From positions 69,068,001 through 69,132,000 of the forward strand of contig NC_043002.1 of NCBI RefSeq assembly GCF_006345805.1: a stretch of 64,000 nt of DNA. The letters run 5' to 3'. This stretch comes from Octopus sinensis (taxonomy: Eukaryota). A program made the translations under genes and the position numbers. Below are positions 24,994 through 37,968 of this stretch, piece by piece. Under the pieces are notes generated by a model. The model was not told the origin of the DNA and did no database searches. It saw nothing but the letters and a program-made list of their open reading frames with translations. Positions within the stretch are counted from its first letter, which is position 1, and the number at the start of each line of letters is the position of its first letter.

Positions 24994-27220
24994 GTTTAAT
25001 ATATTATCCTAGCAAACAGCAGTGGGTCCACTGCTGTATTGCTACTGAGATGGAACTAAAAAAAAATATCTACGAAATACCAGCTCTTCAGCTCTACCTA
25101 TATACAGTTAATTAGTTTGAATGATGGCCATCTTTTTGTAATTGTTGGTAAAAATATAATAGTAAATAAGTATTATTTCTTTAGCGATGTCTTCATTTAT
25201 ACCTATTCTCACTTATTTGTTATTGTGTTAGTTTAGAAAGTAGCAAGTTTCTACACTATGTTGTATTATTTTTTTGCATTTGTTGTTGCTACTGTCTCAT
25301 TTAGTTGTATGTGGATTGAAACATGTTTGTGTGTGTCAGAAGTAGCTAGAAATTAACCATAGCAGCTTATCATATTTCTTCTTTCTTGTTTGTATAAGGG
25401 TAGAAATTGTTTTTATTTTCCTCATCTTCCTTTACTTATTTTTCTATTATTCTTGTTTCTTTTTTTTAATATTTTCATGGAGAATAGAGATATTGTCGTA
25501 GACTTATGGCCAGTATATCTACATGTAAACGATGCAGATAGTTTTCCACATTAATCTTTTTGATTAAACTTATACAGTTTTCCCCTCTTAGCACACACTG
25601 TGTTTTGATACTTGAAGCTGCCATATGGGGGGTGTAAATTGAATGTTATATAAATTTTGGTTTATTAGAGTTGTATTATTTTTCTACTAATAGTTGCGCC
25701 TTCCATACACTCATACACATTCAGGTTTTACTTCTGCTGTCAGAAGCATTAAGTAGTGTCTGCAACTGAAGTAATTGTACTGACAAAGCTGAGATGTGTA
25801 TAAAATGACAGTTGTTGAATGAAAAATATCTTGAAGTAGTAGACAGTAGCAGGATTGGCTGAAAAATTTTTGAGACAAAGCAGAACTGCTTTATAAGAAG
25901 TAAACTTAAACAAATGTTATGATTTTGCCATGAACTTGGCAATACTATATGCCTAAGTTTATCTAATGAAAGAATATTTTTGTAAGAAATGCCTGCTAAT
26001 TCTGTACTAAGCTTGTATTGTTTGTGAGAAGTGAATGTAACGGAACAAAGTTTTTAGATAATACTTGACATTTGAGTTTTTACTGTTTAATGGTGTGAAT
26101 AAAGTTGGATGCCATTTCCATTTCATAGTTCTATATCTGAATTTGAAAATCAACTACCCTTGCTAATATTAAAAACAACTTTAAAACAACAATAATAATA
26201 AGATAGGAATAATTGAAAATAGTAAAATTGAAATTTGACAAATATAATTGGACAAAATATGATAAAAGGATGGGATTTGGGATAAAATAGTGATTTTCTT
26301 TTATGAATTACAGCAGATAGGAAATGATAATTGAAAGCAGAGCATTAAAAAAGATTGAAGGTGGTTTGAGTTCTTTTAGAATGAAGATTTTCTTTAAATT
26401 TGTCATTAAGATAAATTTAATATGGAAAATGTACATGTTAGATTATTATCAAGTAAAGACAATGTTAGAAAGAAAATTTAGATTTGTGATATTTAATTTG
26501 AAATGTTAAGGAGTGACAAAATCACTGTTGTTTGGTGTGAGATGTGGAACTATTTTATAAACTGGAGTAACAGTAGTGTAACTAAATTCTGTTAGAAGAA
26601 AATGAATGTACTAATCTGATGACAGGTGAAAAATTGGTACTTATCTTTGAGGATAAAGCATGGCTATGTGGTTAATCCTAGTGATTGAAAGTGGAGAGGC
26701 AGAAACTGTATGGAAGCTTCTTGGTAACTTAATTCTTGACTGGTTTAATGCCACTATTTGTCCCATAGATGTTATATGTAGGGCCCACTCTGCTTCAAAT
26801 ATTCTGATTTAATTTTATCTCTGCACCAACTTGATGTCTTGATGCACTGGTTCTATGAGCCAGGGTTTCTTTTCCCATTTTTTCCTTTGACAAAAGGTCT
26901 TTGTCACTGTCTCTCTTCAAATTTTGTCATAACAACAAAAATATCCTTTTAGGTTATAAGAACAATAAAATAGATATGATTGTATTTTTAAGAACAAAGG
27001 TTTATCCAGATCAGATTTTGTATTGGAATAGGGTTTACTCCTTTGTTGAAGCTAATGCAAATAACAGGCAAAATTTAAAAATCCTCTAATGTATAACATT
27101 TTGGTGGTGTTTTTCCTCTCTTCAACTTTATTTCTTTTAAAGATGAAAATATCGAGTCAACTTTTGGTATGATTAGTTAACAATGCCAGAATTAATTTAT
27201 TAGCCGAATTATTAAATTAT

Positions 27221-27377
27221 TTACAGCATGGACCACTCATATTAACCATTCAAAGGCATGCAAAAACTGTTAACTTCACTTAAACAATTTTTATTTGATG
27301 TCAAATTCTAATACTAAATAATAAATAAGTGAAGTTAATAGCTTTTGAATGGTTAATATGTGTTTTCCTTGCTGTAA
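27221..27377 (+). other. Long imperfect hairpin, about 52-bp stem
   Basis: Arms 27221-27282 and 27326-27377, including catattaaccattcaaa/tttgaatggttaatatg and ttaacttcactta/taagtgaagttaa. Confidence 0.85.
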
Positions 27378-27682
27378 TTATTTTAGCACCAACAAATGAT
27401 CTCAGATCAAATCTCTTGCCAGACAAGTACATCTCCAAAATTAAATAATTTGCTAAGTGCATTTCAAACAGTTTGTTTCTTTGTATTGTATTCTTTCTCC
27501 CAAGAAGAGAAGAAATTGATCTTTCTTTTCTGGTGGTGTCTTCTATTTTTCAATAATGGTCTGAAGCTGAGTTACTTGACAATTTTACTGATCATTGGAG
27601 TTTTCATAATTATCATTGACATTAATTTAGAATTTAAGTGGAAATGTAGTTTGTGATACTCTATATTCAATACATACCACTT

Positions 27683-27850
27683 TACATCATCATCATCGTT
27701 TACATGGCACCAGCACTGACAGGGTACCAGGCAACTTGCAAGACAAAACTCCTCAGCTAGTGTTGAGGCATGGATGGCTTTGTGCCAGGTGAAAGATTAA
27801 AGGTATAGAGGGACAAGCATAGGTATCTTGCTGTAGAGTAGATACATAGA
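27683..27850 (-). mobile_element. Internally deleted family B fragment
   Basis: catcatcatcatcgttt joined directly to acatggcaccagcact...aacttgcaagac. Confidence 0.65.
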
Positions 27851-28717
27851 AGCTGTATTAATTCTTTGGTTAATTATATCATAGTCTGAGGCTTTGAGAT
27901 CTTTGAATTTCATATTATGTTTGATGAAAGATAGATTTTTTTTTACATTAGATTTTTACCATTTTTGTTAATTGTATTTAGGTTATTGTATTTATTTAAA
28001 ACAGCAACAGCAATGAAAATGAATTTTAATAAAAGTTCATTGAGATTTTTTATTTTATTTTTAATAATGGTTTATATTTGTTCCATGCTGTTATGACTTT
28101 GTGCAGTAAATTTGAATAGTTGTTTTTCGATAGTTGGCCCCTTGGTTTTGGCAGCTTGATGCTAACTGTTGAATTATGTTGTAGTGATAGTTTCTTTTCA
28201 GATATTCCAAGACAAAAATCGTTGTATTTTGCATTCCAGTACTATTTAATAGCTGTGACAGGGTGAAGAATAATTATCTTGTAGTCACCTGCACTTTATG
28301 AAATAAGGGAACTGAGAGAAAACCTTTTGTTTCTATCTCTATTACAAAATTCAGACATTTGTAAACCACCTAAAAACCTGGGTCTGTGTGTATCACATAA
28401 GGCTAGAGATGGGAGCAATGACCTCCCTCATAAATACTAATTGGACACAGACGGTGTGTTGTTGGCCAGCTGGAGATGTCTTCCTGGAGCTAAAAACAAT
28501 AGTAAGACCATCCTCTATAGGATCACCACATTTAGTTGGCAAATATATTTTATGATTTGTGAAGTAGTTTGATGTTACTTGGAACATTGTTTTTTTTTTT
28601 AAATCATTATAAGATGCATAAGGAATAAATTACCTTTGCCAGCATGAATGAGATGATATTAATAAATTCAGATATTTATCCATTACTAGATGAAGATTTT
28701 ATACAGCTTTCTTAATA

Positions 28718-28862
28718 GTTCCAAATTTTGGCACAGGGCCAGCAATTTCATAGAAGCAGATAAGTTGAACTTGGCAGAGTTTGAACACAGAACATAAGGA
28801 TGGATGAAATGTTGCTAAGCATCTTGCCTGGCATGCTAACAATTCTGCCAGCTCACCACCTT
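28718..28862 (-). mobile_element. SINE family D with internal deletion and 14-bp TSD
   Basis: TSD cagctttcttaata at 28704-28717 and 28863-28876; head aaggtggtgagctggcagaattgttagc on the - strand. Confidence 0.85.
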
Positions 28863-29477
28863 CAGCTTTCTTAATAATAATCCCCTGAAATTGAACAAAG
28901 TTTGGTATCTCTCTGATAATTAGGCAAACTGCAACAAACAGTATACTCTACCTTTCACAAGTACTAAACACAGTGCTTCTTGCAAGGCTGGAACTTATGA
29001 CATGTAATCAGTAACATAACACCTTAATTTCAGAGTCCAAGTTCTGACTTAAGGAGGGTAGGGAGTTTGTGTTTTCCGTTAAACATTCTACAAATTCTTG
29101 CTTAATGTCTGCTTTCTCTTGTTTTCAGTCTACTTTTTTATAAGTAGTTGGACATACAGATATCAGTGGGAGACCTATCAACCAAAATTCATTTGTGTTG
29201 AAAATTTGTGTCAGTCTGAACTGTCATTTTTTTTTTTACTATGGAATTGATTTATCAGATTTTTATAAACATAATCTTCATAGTGTAATGTATTTTCTAA
29301 GCTGATTGATTCTGTGTTTATATATAAAAAAAAACAAAAACAAAATCAAACAAAATGGAAACTGCTATAAAGTATGTATTAATGTTGAAGCTTATAAGCA
29401 TAGCCCAAACACTCTTGTTTGTTTTCAACTTTTAGCTTTATCTATTCATTTCTTGGTTTTATATATATATATATGTT

Positions 29478-29703
29478 AGGTGCAGGAGTGGCTGTGTGGT
29501 AAGTGGCTTGCTTACCAGTCATGTGGTTCTGTGTTCAGTTCCACTGTGTAGCTTCTTGGGCCTCTTCTACAATAGCCTCGGGCTGACCAAAGCTTTGTGA
29601 GTGGATTTGGTAGATGGAAACTAAAAGAAGCCTGTCGTATATTTATATATATATATGTGTGTGTGTGTCTGTGTTTGTCCCCCCCCCCCTATCGCTTGAC
29701 ACC
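29478..29703 (+). mobile_element. 3'-truncated SINE family A
   Basis: Head, core and microsatellite are present; similarity stops after cgcttgac. Confidence 0.85.
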
Positions 29704-30589
29704 TAATGTAAGCTATGTTCAAAAAACACCTGTAAGAGCAGAGCAGTCGAGTGTCATTTTGCACACAAGAAAGGGGAAGTGTTGTTAATGACAGAACAAC
29801 CTGGAGATTGGTAATCAATGGGGATGTCATGTTATGGAACAAGAGACAAATGTAGCTCTCTTATTGAAACGAATGTGCACTTTTGTCGGCATATTTCTAG
29901 TGTGTTTTGTCAAATGATGTTAGTAATATTGCATCACTCAATCTTGTTATTTGATCATCTGTAGGAAGTAATTCCTTTCTTTTTATCTGTAACTTGGTAT
30001 GTATTTGTCTTTGTGTATATGTAGTTTGCTGTTTGTATATGTAGACTACTGTAATTCTTAATACATCTTACTTTCTGACTATAGTTAAGGTTCAGGACTA
30101 AATAGCAGCAAGTGATATGATTGGTTAAAAAAATAAGTGGTAAACCCTAACAATAGTCAGCATATGGAAGGTCATGTAAGGAAAACTTTGTCTCCTTAGA
30201 ATTTGAAGAATCAGGAAATGCAATAATAATTGTAAATATGGAATAGTTCTGAGGGTAATGTGAAGTATTCAGTGTTAAGGTATGGTTTTAATTATGATTT
30301 TTGTCTTTTTTTTTCTCCTTAGGAAATGCTTAATTATGTTTAAGTACTTTTTGAAATGTTTGCTTTGACTTTTTAAAACAAATTTTATTTTATTAATGAA
30401 TTTGATTAAATTTGTCAAATATTTTAATTCTTAGGTATCCAGTTAATTTAAATTCTGTCTGTTCAAAGAGACATTAAATAAATTCACTGGTGAAGTGTTT
30501 TTTGTTTTGTATGAAGTAAACCCCACAATGGTATAAAGTATTGAAGTAGTCCTATATTTTGTTTTTATATAGGAATCTTTATATGTATC

Positions 30590-30860
30590 ACAATGTCTTT
30601 CTGTCTATCCAGGAGCTGTACAAGTGAAAATAACTGGAAGAAGTTGAGTCATGTGCCTTGCTCAAAAACACAAAACAAAATGGCTAAAATTAAATTTGAA
30701 CTCAAGCCATGTGGTTAATAACTTTACAGTTATTGTGACTCAACTTCTTCCAGTTATTTTCACTTGTACAGCTCCTGGATAGACAGAAAGACATTGTTTT
30801 GTGTGATTTATTAACCTGGGTAATATTGACATCTGCTGCTAGAATATTTTTTATAAGAAT

Positions 30861-30910
<50 letters not shown>

Positions 30911-31225
30911 TACACACACACTTCAAGTAGTAGTTATTACTCTCTCTCGCGCTCTCTCTCACCTGTTCCAGCTTGTCAGCTATACTAGGATATTGCCATT
31001 ACACTTTCTGCCTCTTACATTTGCACATGATCATAAAATGTGTGATAGAGCAATAAAAAACTCTGTGTGTGTGTGTGTGTGTGTGCATGCATGCGCATGC
31101 ACATATTGAGTCACAATAACTGTAAAGTTATTAACCTCATGGCTTGAGTTCAAATTTAATTTTAGCCATTTTATTTTGTGTTTTTGAGCAAGGCACATGA
31201 CTCAACTTCTTCCAGTTATTTTCAC
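30590..31225. repeat. Nested inverted repeats: perfect 62-bp IR (30590-30651 / 30736-30797) plus a 120-bp inverted copy (30624-30743 / 31106-31225, 2 mismatches)
   Basis: Base-by-base reverse-complement comparison. Confidence 0.95.
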
Positions 31226-33617
31226 AAACAAAAAAACATCAATTCCTCTATTCATGGTTGAATGGTTTGCTGTCAACAAGCTTTTTACTCCATCGTAGCT
31301 TTTGTTTGCAAGCAGGAATGCAGGGATACAAAATTGTGTGTTTGTAAATGTATTATCTTAGGTTCAATAAGGCTTGAACAAAACCTCACAAACCCTTTTT
31401 AAGTTTGTCTGTATGCATGCATGCATAATATTTTATTATATAAATGGAATCCTCCAAAGATCAGAATTAAAAAAAAAAAAAAAAGAAAAAAAAACTCAGG
31501 TTAATAACTTATGAAATTTTAGCTTCCAATAAAATATATACAACTCTATTTCCAAGTACTGAATATTTTCTTATCTCCCTCTTTATTCATTCATAATTGT
31601 TTATATATCCTGTCAATGTTTATATGCCTAATTTTACATGCTGACAGTGGGCTGGATGAAACATTTTGAGTATTCTGCAGACAGATGCCTTTTCTGATTC
31701 CCAAATATCGTTGGATACCTTGTATGACTGCTGTTGTTTAGTCTGCATTGAAATAGGATTAAAATTTGTTGCCAACCAGGTAGGCTGAAGCAAGTAGAGT
31801 TATGTGCCTTTCTCATGAGCTCCAATATTCTGTTACACTTGATTAACAGAACAACCACTGCTTACAGCTACTTGTCAGTTTTCTGTTGATCTAGGTTATA
31901 ACAAGCACTTATGCATTGTTTCTATGTCTACTGTTGATTGTCCTTGTTTGAAAAACTGTTGTCTGGCAACTTCGACTATAAACAAAAGTTCTATAAGCAT
32001 CTAGTAAAAAGAAAAAAAAAAAAGATTCAAAACAAGTGTGTTGCAATTAGCACCTACTATATCAAACTTTGCATCTCATCTATGATAATTAGTTTTAAAA
32101 AATGTTATATTCGTGAAAGGAATTTATTGAGATGTGATCTCAATTTTGATTTTTAAAAAAAAATATTCCCTCCTCCCCATGAAAATTTGTATGGAATCAG
32201 TTGTAGGTTTTGCTCTATGCAAATTTCTTGTGGATATCATCATTATCATTATTGTAACCATTTTATTGCAAAAAAAAAAATGCTTACTTTGGTTAGACCA
32301 TAACTTTGTAGCATTGTCACTCTTTAGTTTAAGCTAGCCCACTTGCTCTGTTTTATCTGTTTTCTACTCTTAGGCAAGAAGTTTTAAGTCAAACAGTTCT
32401 ACCACAGTTTGTTTCAATGGCTCACATTCTATAAGCTCCAATGTAATTCAAAGTTTAGTTATGTCTACATTTTTGTAGCTGTATATTAATGATTTTGCTG
32501 TTAAATATCTAAGCAGATGATATCACCCTCACTCCTCCCTTGTCTTCCTTAAAGAGAGTCCTTTAAAGCATGACATCGTTTTACATGTTAAAGAAACAAT
32601 CTCACAACTCTACACACTTCCTAATCATGAATGGTACATACACGAAGCCCTCACACTTACTAAAAATTTAACCTACTTTTTTCAATCTCATTATGGTGAC
32701 CATAGGTCTATATCATGCATAAATCTGCTTCTGAGCAAGCAATTTGGTTTCCTCTTCAAAGACAGAAATTATTTCAGTGCTGATAAATTGCTAACTCTAC
32801 ACTGCTTGAGTATGACCCATATTATATTACTACTCTCAACTGTATAGGAGTGTATTGCTACACTCACAAATATCCAAGTCTGCCATCACTCAACATGTTA
32901 ACAATCGCTAACATACTGCCCCTTCCACCTCTCCCCATTTCAACTACTACTATAATGGCTTTTGTTCCTTTGAACTCACAAGTTGCAGATCACGTCTATT
33001 CAAAACCCATTCACTGCATCTTCTCTTGTACACTCATCTTCCTTACTGTGTATGTCTCTATCTAATTTCACACGAAATACTTTGCTCAATAGTTCTACCC
33101 CATAATACTGTAATTTCTACCTAATCCACTTTTTTTTCTTTAAGTCAGCAACTTACAGAAGTTTAAGCTGAGCATCAACCCCTCTAACCATACCAATTTG
33201 TAACAGCTTGATGCAGTTATTGACAGTGTTCCCCACTCCCTTTGAACAAGTATTAAGAAAAAGAAAGAAATGAAATATTGTTTTATTTAGTGTTCATGAG
33301 TTACAATTTAATCTCAACATTTTCTTTTAGTAGGCTTCTCTGATTAATGACTTCCTATGTTGCAGTATATTTTCATGAGAAGTTTCAGAAAATGTACGCA
33401 CTGAATAATGTAAATGAAGTAAGAGAATGATAGAAACATGAGGCAAATTTAACTAATGTATTCCACCAGCATACGATAATGGCTATTGTAATGTATGGTG
33501 AATAACCAAAGAAAAAAGAAAACAGTCCTTGTCTGCACTGTAGCTTTATAAATGACATCTTTCTGGAGGAAATGGGGAAATTCATTGCAGGAGAATATTG
33601 CTAAATATATTTGTTCC

Positions 33618-33935
33618 TTATTTACATTATTTACAATTAATGTATATTTGTCCTCATCTTGTTTGTTGTTAACACAACGTTTCGGCTGATATACCCTCCA
33701 GCTTTCATCAGGTGTCTTGGGGAAACTTTGAACCTGGGTTCTCATTCCTAAGGTATTTTTCGATCTTGTTGTTGCTGTTGGTGTTGTTCAGGTCACTGCC
33801 TGGAGTTGAACTCGGAATCTTGGGGTTAGTAAACCGTGCTCTTAACTGCTATGCCAAGATGAGAACAAATATCTGTCAATTGTAAATAATGTAAATAACG
33901 TACATAATCCCTCATCTCTTAAATATAGATCTGTA
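33618..33935 (-). mobile_element. tRNA-headed SINE-like element with hammerhead motif and inverted partial 3' repeat (Penelope-like architecture)
   Basis: On the - strand: tRNA-like head (about 33856-33790, tggcatagcagttaagagc...gagttcaactcc), AAC-rich spacer, hammerhead core at 33716-33671. A 43-bp inverted repeat lies at 33618-33660 / 33856-33898 (38/43 identical). Confidence 0.7.
33671..33716 (-). ncRNA. Minimal type I hammerhead ribozyme-like motif
   Basis: GACAC-CUGAUGA-aa-GCUG[gaggguauau]CAGC-c-GAAA-CG-UU-GUGUU: both conserved boxes, stem II, stem I (GACAC/GUGUU), and palindromic AACGUU in place of helix III. Confidence 0.65.
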
Positions 33936-34005
33936 TAGATGTTTGTTGTTTGGTCTTGGTTGATTACAATGAAGAATTCTGTTGGAATTTTGTGAATATA
34001 CTTAA

Positions 34006-34210
34006 CAGGTGATGAAGTGGCAGAATTATTAGAGCATTGGACAAATGCTTAATTACATTTCTTATGGTCCCTTGTGTTCTGAGGTCAACTTTGTCTTTCA
34101 TTCTTGGGTGGGTTGGGGGTTGATTAAATAACACTCTCAAGTATTGGGTAACAATATAATCAACATGCCTCTTCTCAGAATTGCTGGCTTTGTGTCTATG
34201 TGAAGAAGAA
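34006..34210 (+). mobile_element. Degenerate SINE family D
   Basis: ggtgatgaagtggcagaattattagagc...gttctgaggtcaactttgtctttcatt. Confidence 0.7.
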
Positions 34211-34588
34211 TTATTAACATTTAATGTGTAAATTTGATGTATTAGATCAGAAATTTCTAAATTGGTTAAGAAATCAGTTAATTTCAAGTGTTTGAAAATA
34301 TTCTGCTCTCAGGCCATTTGCTTTTCTGTCATGACAATCTGGATTATGCTGAATATGATCTGTTTGCTGCAGCTGATGTATACAGGATTAACTGGTTGTT
34401 AACTCTTATGACAACATAGCTACTGGTTTCTACTCATTTCATCTTCTGTTATCAAGATTTAACCCTTACTGAATGGGAACTGTGTATACTCAGTTTTGTG
34501 CAGGTGCATTTGAGATGTGGGAACTGAGTTACCTTGTTTTTGATAGTGGGGTACGTTCCTGAATTGTCCACATTTCATAAGATGCAGT

Positions 34589-34774
34589 CATCAACATCAT
34601 CGTTTAACATCCGCTTTCCATGCTAGCATGGGTTGGACGATTTGACTGAGGACTGGTGAACCAGATGGCTGCACCAGGCTCCAATATGATCTGGCAGAGT
34701 TTCTGCAGCTGGATGCCCTTCCTAACACCAACCACTCCAAGAGTGTAGAGGGTGCTTTTACGTGCCACCGGCAC
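34589..34774 (-). mobile_element. Family B repeat, well preserved
   Basis: catcatcgtttaacatccgctttccatgctagcatgggttggacg...cttttacgtgccaccggcac. Confidence 0.85.
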
Positions 34775-35035
34775 ATACTCGCTTTATTTTTACTGGCCCA
34801 CAGAAAAAGATCGTGAGGACTGATTTGCGTATGATTACCATGTTATGTCACCAGCATAAATTTAATCAGTGCAATGAGGGTTCAAGTAGAAGTAAAGTAA
34901 TACAACAAAGAACTCTTCAGATGAAATTTCAGGTATTAGTCACTGTAGATTTAATGGATTAAAAGACAACATCTCAAGACACTTGAAATATTCAAATTGC
35001 TTAATTAGAACAAACAACAAAGCAAATGTATTTCC

Positions 35036-35260
35036 TTAACCCTTTAGCATTTAAACTTGCCATTCCTGGCCTAAATATTCTATCTGTTTTATGTCGAAAC
35101 AGGCCAAATATGGCCTCTCTCATCTATCCTACAATGTCATTCTTAAAATAAACTTTCACATTGAAATCTCAAAGCTGCAAGAGAATGCATTATGAATTCC
35201 AAACAATATGAATAAATAGGCTTTACATATGATAGAGTAATTGGAATGTGAAATGGTTCA
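35036..35260. mobile_element. Second piggyBac-like MITE family
   Basis: Starts ttaaccctttagcatt and ends aatgtgaaatggttca (degenerate inverted end). Confidence 0.55.
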
Positions 35261-35279
35261 ATATATGTATGTTTGTGCT

Positions 35280-35500
35280 TTGATCCTTTCATTACCAACC
35301 CGGCTGAAACTGGCTCTGAGTACAAATGTCTTGTTTTCATAAGTTTTGAATTAAAATCTTCCACCAAACCTTAGTCAACAATTTATGTTCCTAACACTAG
35401 CTGAATGATAACTAAGTTATTTTATTAAATTCTTTGTTATACTTAAAGTAATTGAAAGAAACACAGCATCTTGAAATAAATACAGTAACAAAATGGGTAA
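35280..35500 (+). mobile_element. piggyBac-type MITE (family E)
   Basis: Body matches 8217-8446; ends eroded. Confidence 0.85.
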
Positions 35501-35963
35501 AGTTTATTGAAATGTTTTCTTATATAACAATAAAATCCACAAAATAACAAGGTGTACTTGCATGTCAAGTGAATTCAAATTCAGAATTTTTGTGCATAGC
35601 AGATTGATAGGAATTTATAGCTTGTGGCCTTACTCTTTGCTTTCAGTGTATTTCAACCTTTTGAGTTGCTTTGCAACAGTGTTTCTCATAGGAGAGGTCT
35701 TGATTGGAGCTGTGAAGATTGAAATAAGGACAGAAAGATTGCCGTATTTAATAAAATTAAAATGGTTTGAAATTTTAAAAATTCATTGTGAAGAAAGAAT
35801 TACATGGATGGAAACTCTATTTTGTTCTCAAATTAATAGTTGATGGTGGGGGTGGTGAGAAAGTCCACTAACATTTGGTAAGTGGTGACAGGTATTTTTG
35901 GAAAATCACTGCTTTACAAGCTTTTTATTGTATTATGTTTTTTTTTTTATTACTATGACAATG

Positions 35964-36350
35964 AGGTGCAGGAGTGACTGTTTGGTAAGTAGCTTGCTTA
36001 CCAACCATGCAGTTCTGGGTTTAGTCCCACTGCGTGGCACCGTGGGCGAGTGTCTTCTACTATAGCCTCAGGCCGACCAAAGCCTTGTGAGTGGATTTGG
36101 TTGATGGAAACTGAAAGAAGCCTGTCATATATATATATGTGTTTGTGTGTGTTTATGTCTGTGCTTGTCATCCCATCTTTGCTTGACAACTGATGTTGGT
36201 GTGTTTAAGTCCCCGTACCCTAGCGGTTCGGTAAAAGAGACCAATATAAGTACTAGGCTTACAAAAAATAAATCCTGGGATCGATTTGTTTGACTAAAGG
36301 CAGTGCTCCAGCATGGCTGCAATCAAATGATTGAAACAAATAAGAGAATG
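35964..36350 (+). mobile_element. Full-length SINE family A
   Basis: Head, core, microsatellite and tail all present. Confidence 0.9.
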
Positions 36351-37896
36351 AATGGGAATGTGTGCTTGTGTGTGTGTATTTAGAGAATTTCAGACTGCAG
36401 CTCCTATTACTTCAGTTACTCTGCCAATAATCATAGGCTTAGTATGAACATCACAACCTCCTATTTATCTTTCTATGTTATGTGTAGTGCCTGAATAAGA
36501 AATAGTCAGAAGCAGATTCACCATGAGGACTGAGCTTGTATCCTGCTCTTACCTTTGGTGTTCTTAGAGAAGATACTTATCTCTGCTTACCTATTCCCAA
36601 GTAAGTCAGTGTTATCTCTACTACCAGTACAATAAGTTTTCCATTTCAAATGATCTCCACTCTAATCACACCAAATCCATTAACTTTGTAATTCTGCCAT
36701 CATTACCAAATTGAGTTGCACAAACAGAATTACTCTGACCACCACCACCAATAGTTTAGAGCTAAAACAGCTCATTGAAGAAGGCATACCTAAAAGAACC
36801 AATCTCCTAATCAATCATTTTTTTTTTATTGAAGAAACTGTCAACCTGTATTTGATTGAATTTGCATCAAACTTTACCAAACTTTATTATCACATCCTAA
36901 GAAATATATTTCTTCAGTTTATTTTTAGCAAGTTTTAGCAAGATGATCAATTCTTCTGGAATGCTATTTTATACTAACAACTTGATAACATATCCACAAA
37001 CATAGAGTATACATAACCTTTTATCTGATTCAAGCTTTTACATCCATGTGTTTATATCTGTGTGTGTGGATACATATCCATGCAAGCATTTGTTATGCAT
37101 ATATATATGTGTTTATCATAAACAAATGCAGAAGCTTGTGCAGGGTACATGTATTCTGTATATGTATGTTTGCATGTGTAGATACACACACACACTATAC
37201 ACACAAACACTTACATACAAGTTTGTTCTTATACTCCCACAGAATATTGTGCATTCCTACTTTAAATAGTGTTTTACGCTCATATGCACAAATTTCAATA
37301 TACATATTTGCAGATATGTACATCTATGCACAAATCATGCAGATATGCATTCCAAAAATTACTTGTTTGTAAATATCGTTTCAAAACAAAGAAGTTGCAA
37401 GACATTCTGTGCAGTGTTCTTTCAAACTGGAGTGTTCATCGTGTTAAACAACTGTCAGAATGAAAAAATATCTATTTGGTAGAAATCTTCTTGGGTTGCA
37501 AGAATCACTGCTTCAGACCGCCATTTTCTGTAGTAACAAACAAACTCTGCTAAAATTAGAAATCTTGTTCTGTTCATTATGTGGCTGAGGAGATCTTTTA
37601 GAATTATCTTTCATCAGCAAGTGTCTCTTTACAACTGTACGAGTTGCTGCAGACATTCTGGAATGGCAGTAATGCAAAGGTACTATTATTGCATGTGTAT
37701 GTGATTGACTCTGGAGACAATTTAAGTTCTCTGTTTTACATACATACACACATCTTCTGTTTTTCTTTTCTGTTTCCCTTGCATCAAATATACATATACT
37801 TTTACTTTTGACATGAGTATGCTACCTTAAAATTACCAGAGTGCACCCTTAGAATTATGCAAAAAGTATAAACAGTCCAACATTCATATTCCCCCA

Positions 37897-37899
<3 letters not shown>

Positions 37900-37965
<66 letters not shown>
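37900..37965. repeat. Compound (CT)n(AT)n microsatellite
   Basis: Read directly from the sequence. Confidence 0.95.

Positions 37966-37968
<3 letters not shown>

Noticed and set aside
29704-29900. Unique, relatively GC-rich stretch after a truncated SINE, with E-box-like motifs
   Set aside because: Short motifs are expected by chance; enhancer status cannot be supported from sequence alone.
33361-33401. Small hairpins here and at about 39520-39560, 45147-45173, 56646-56681 and 60834-60940
   Set aside because: Stems of about 9-13 bp in very AT-rich DNA are expected by chance.
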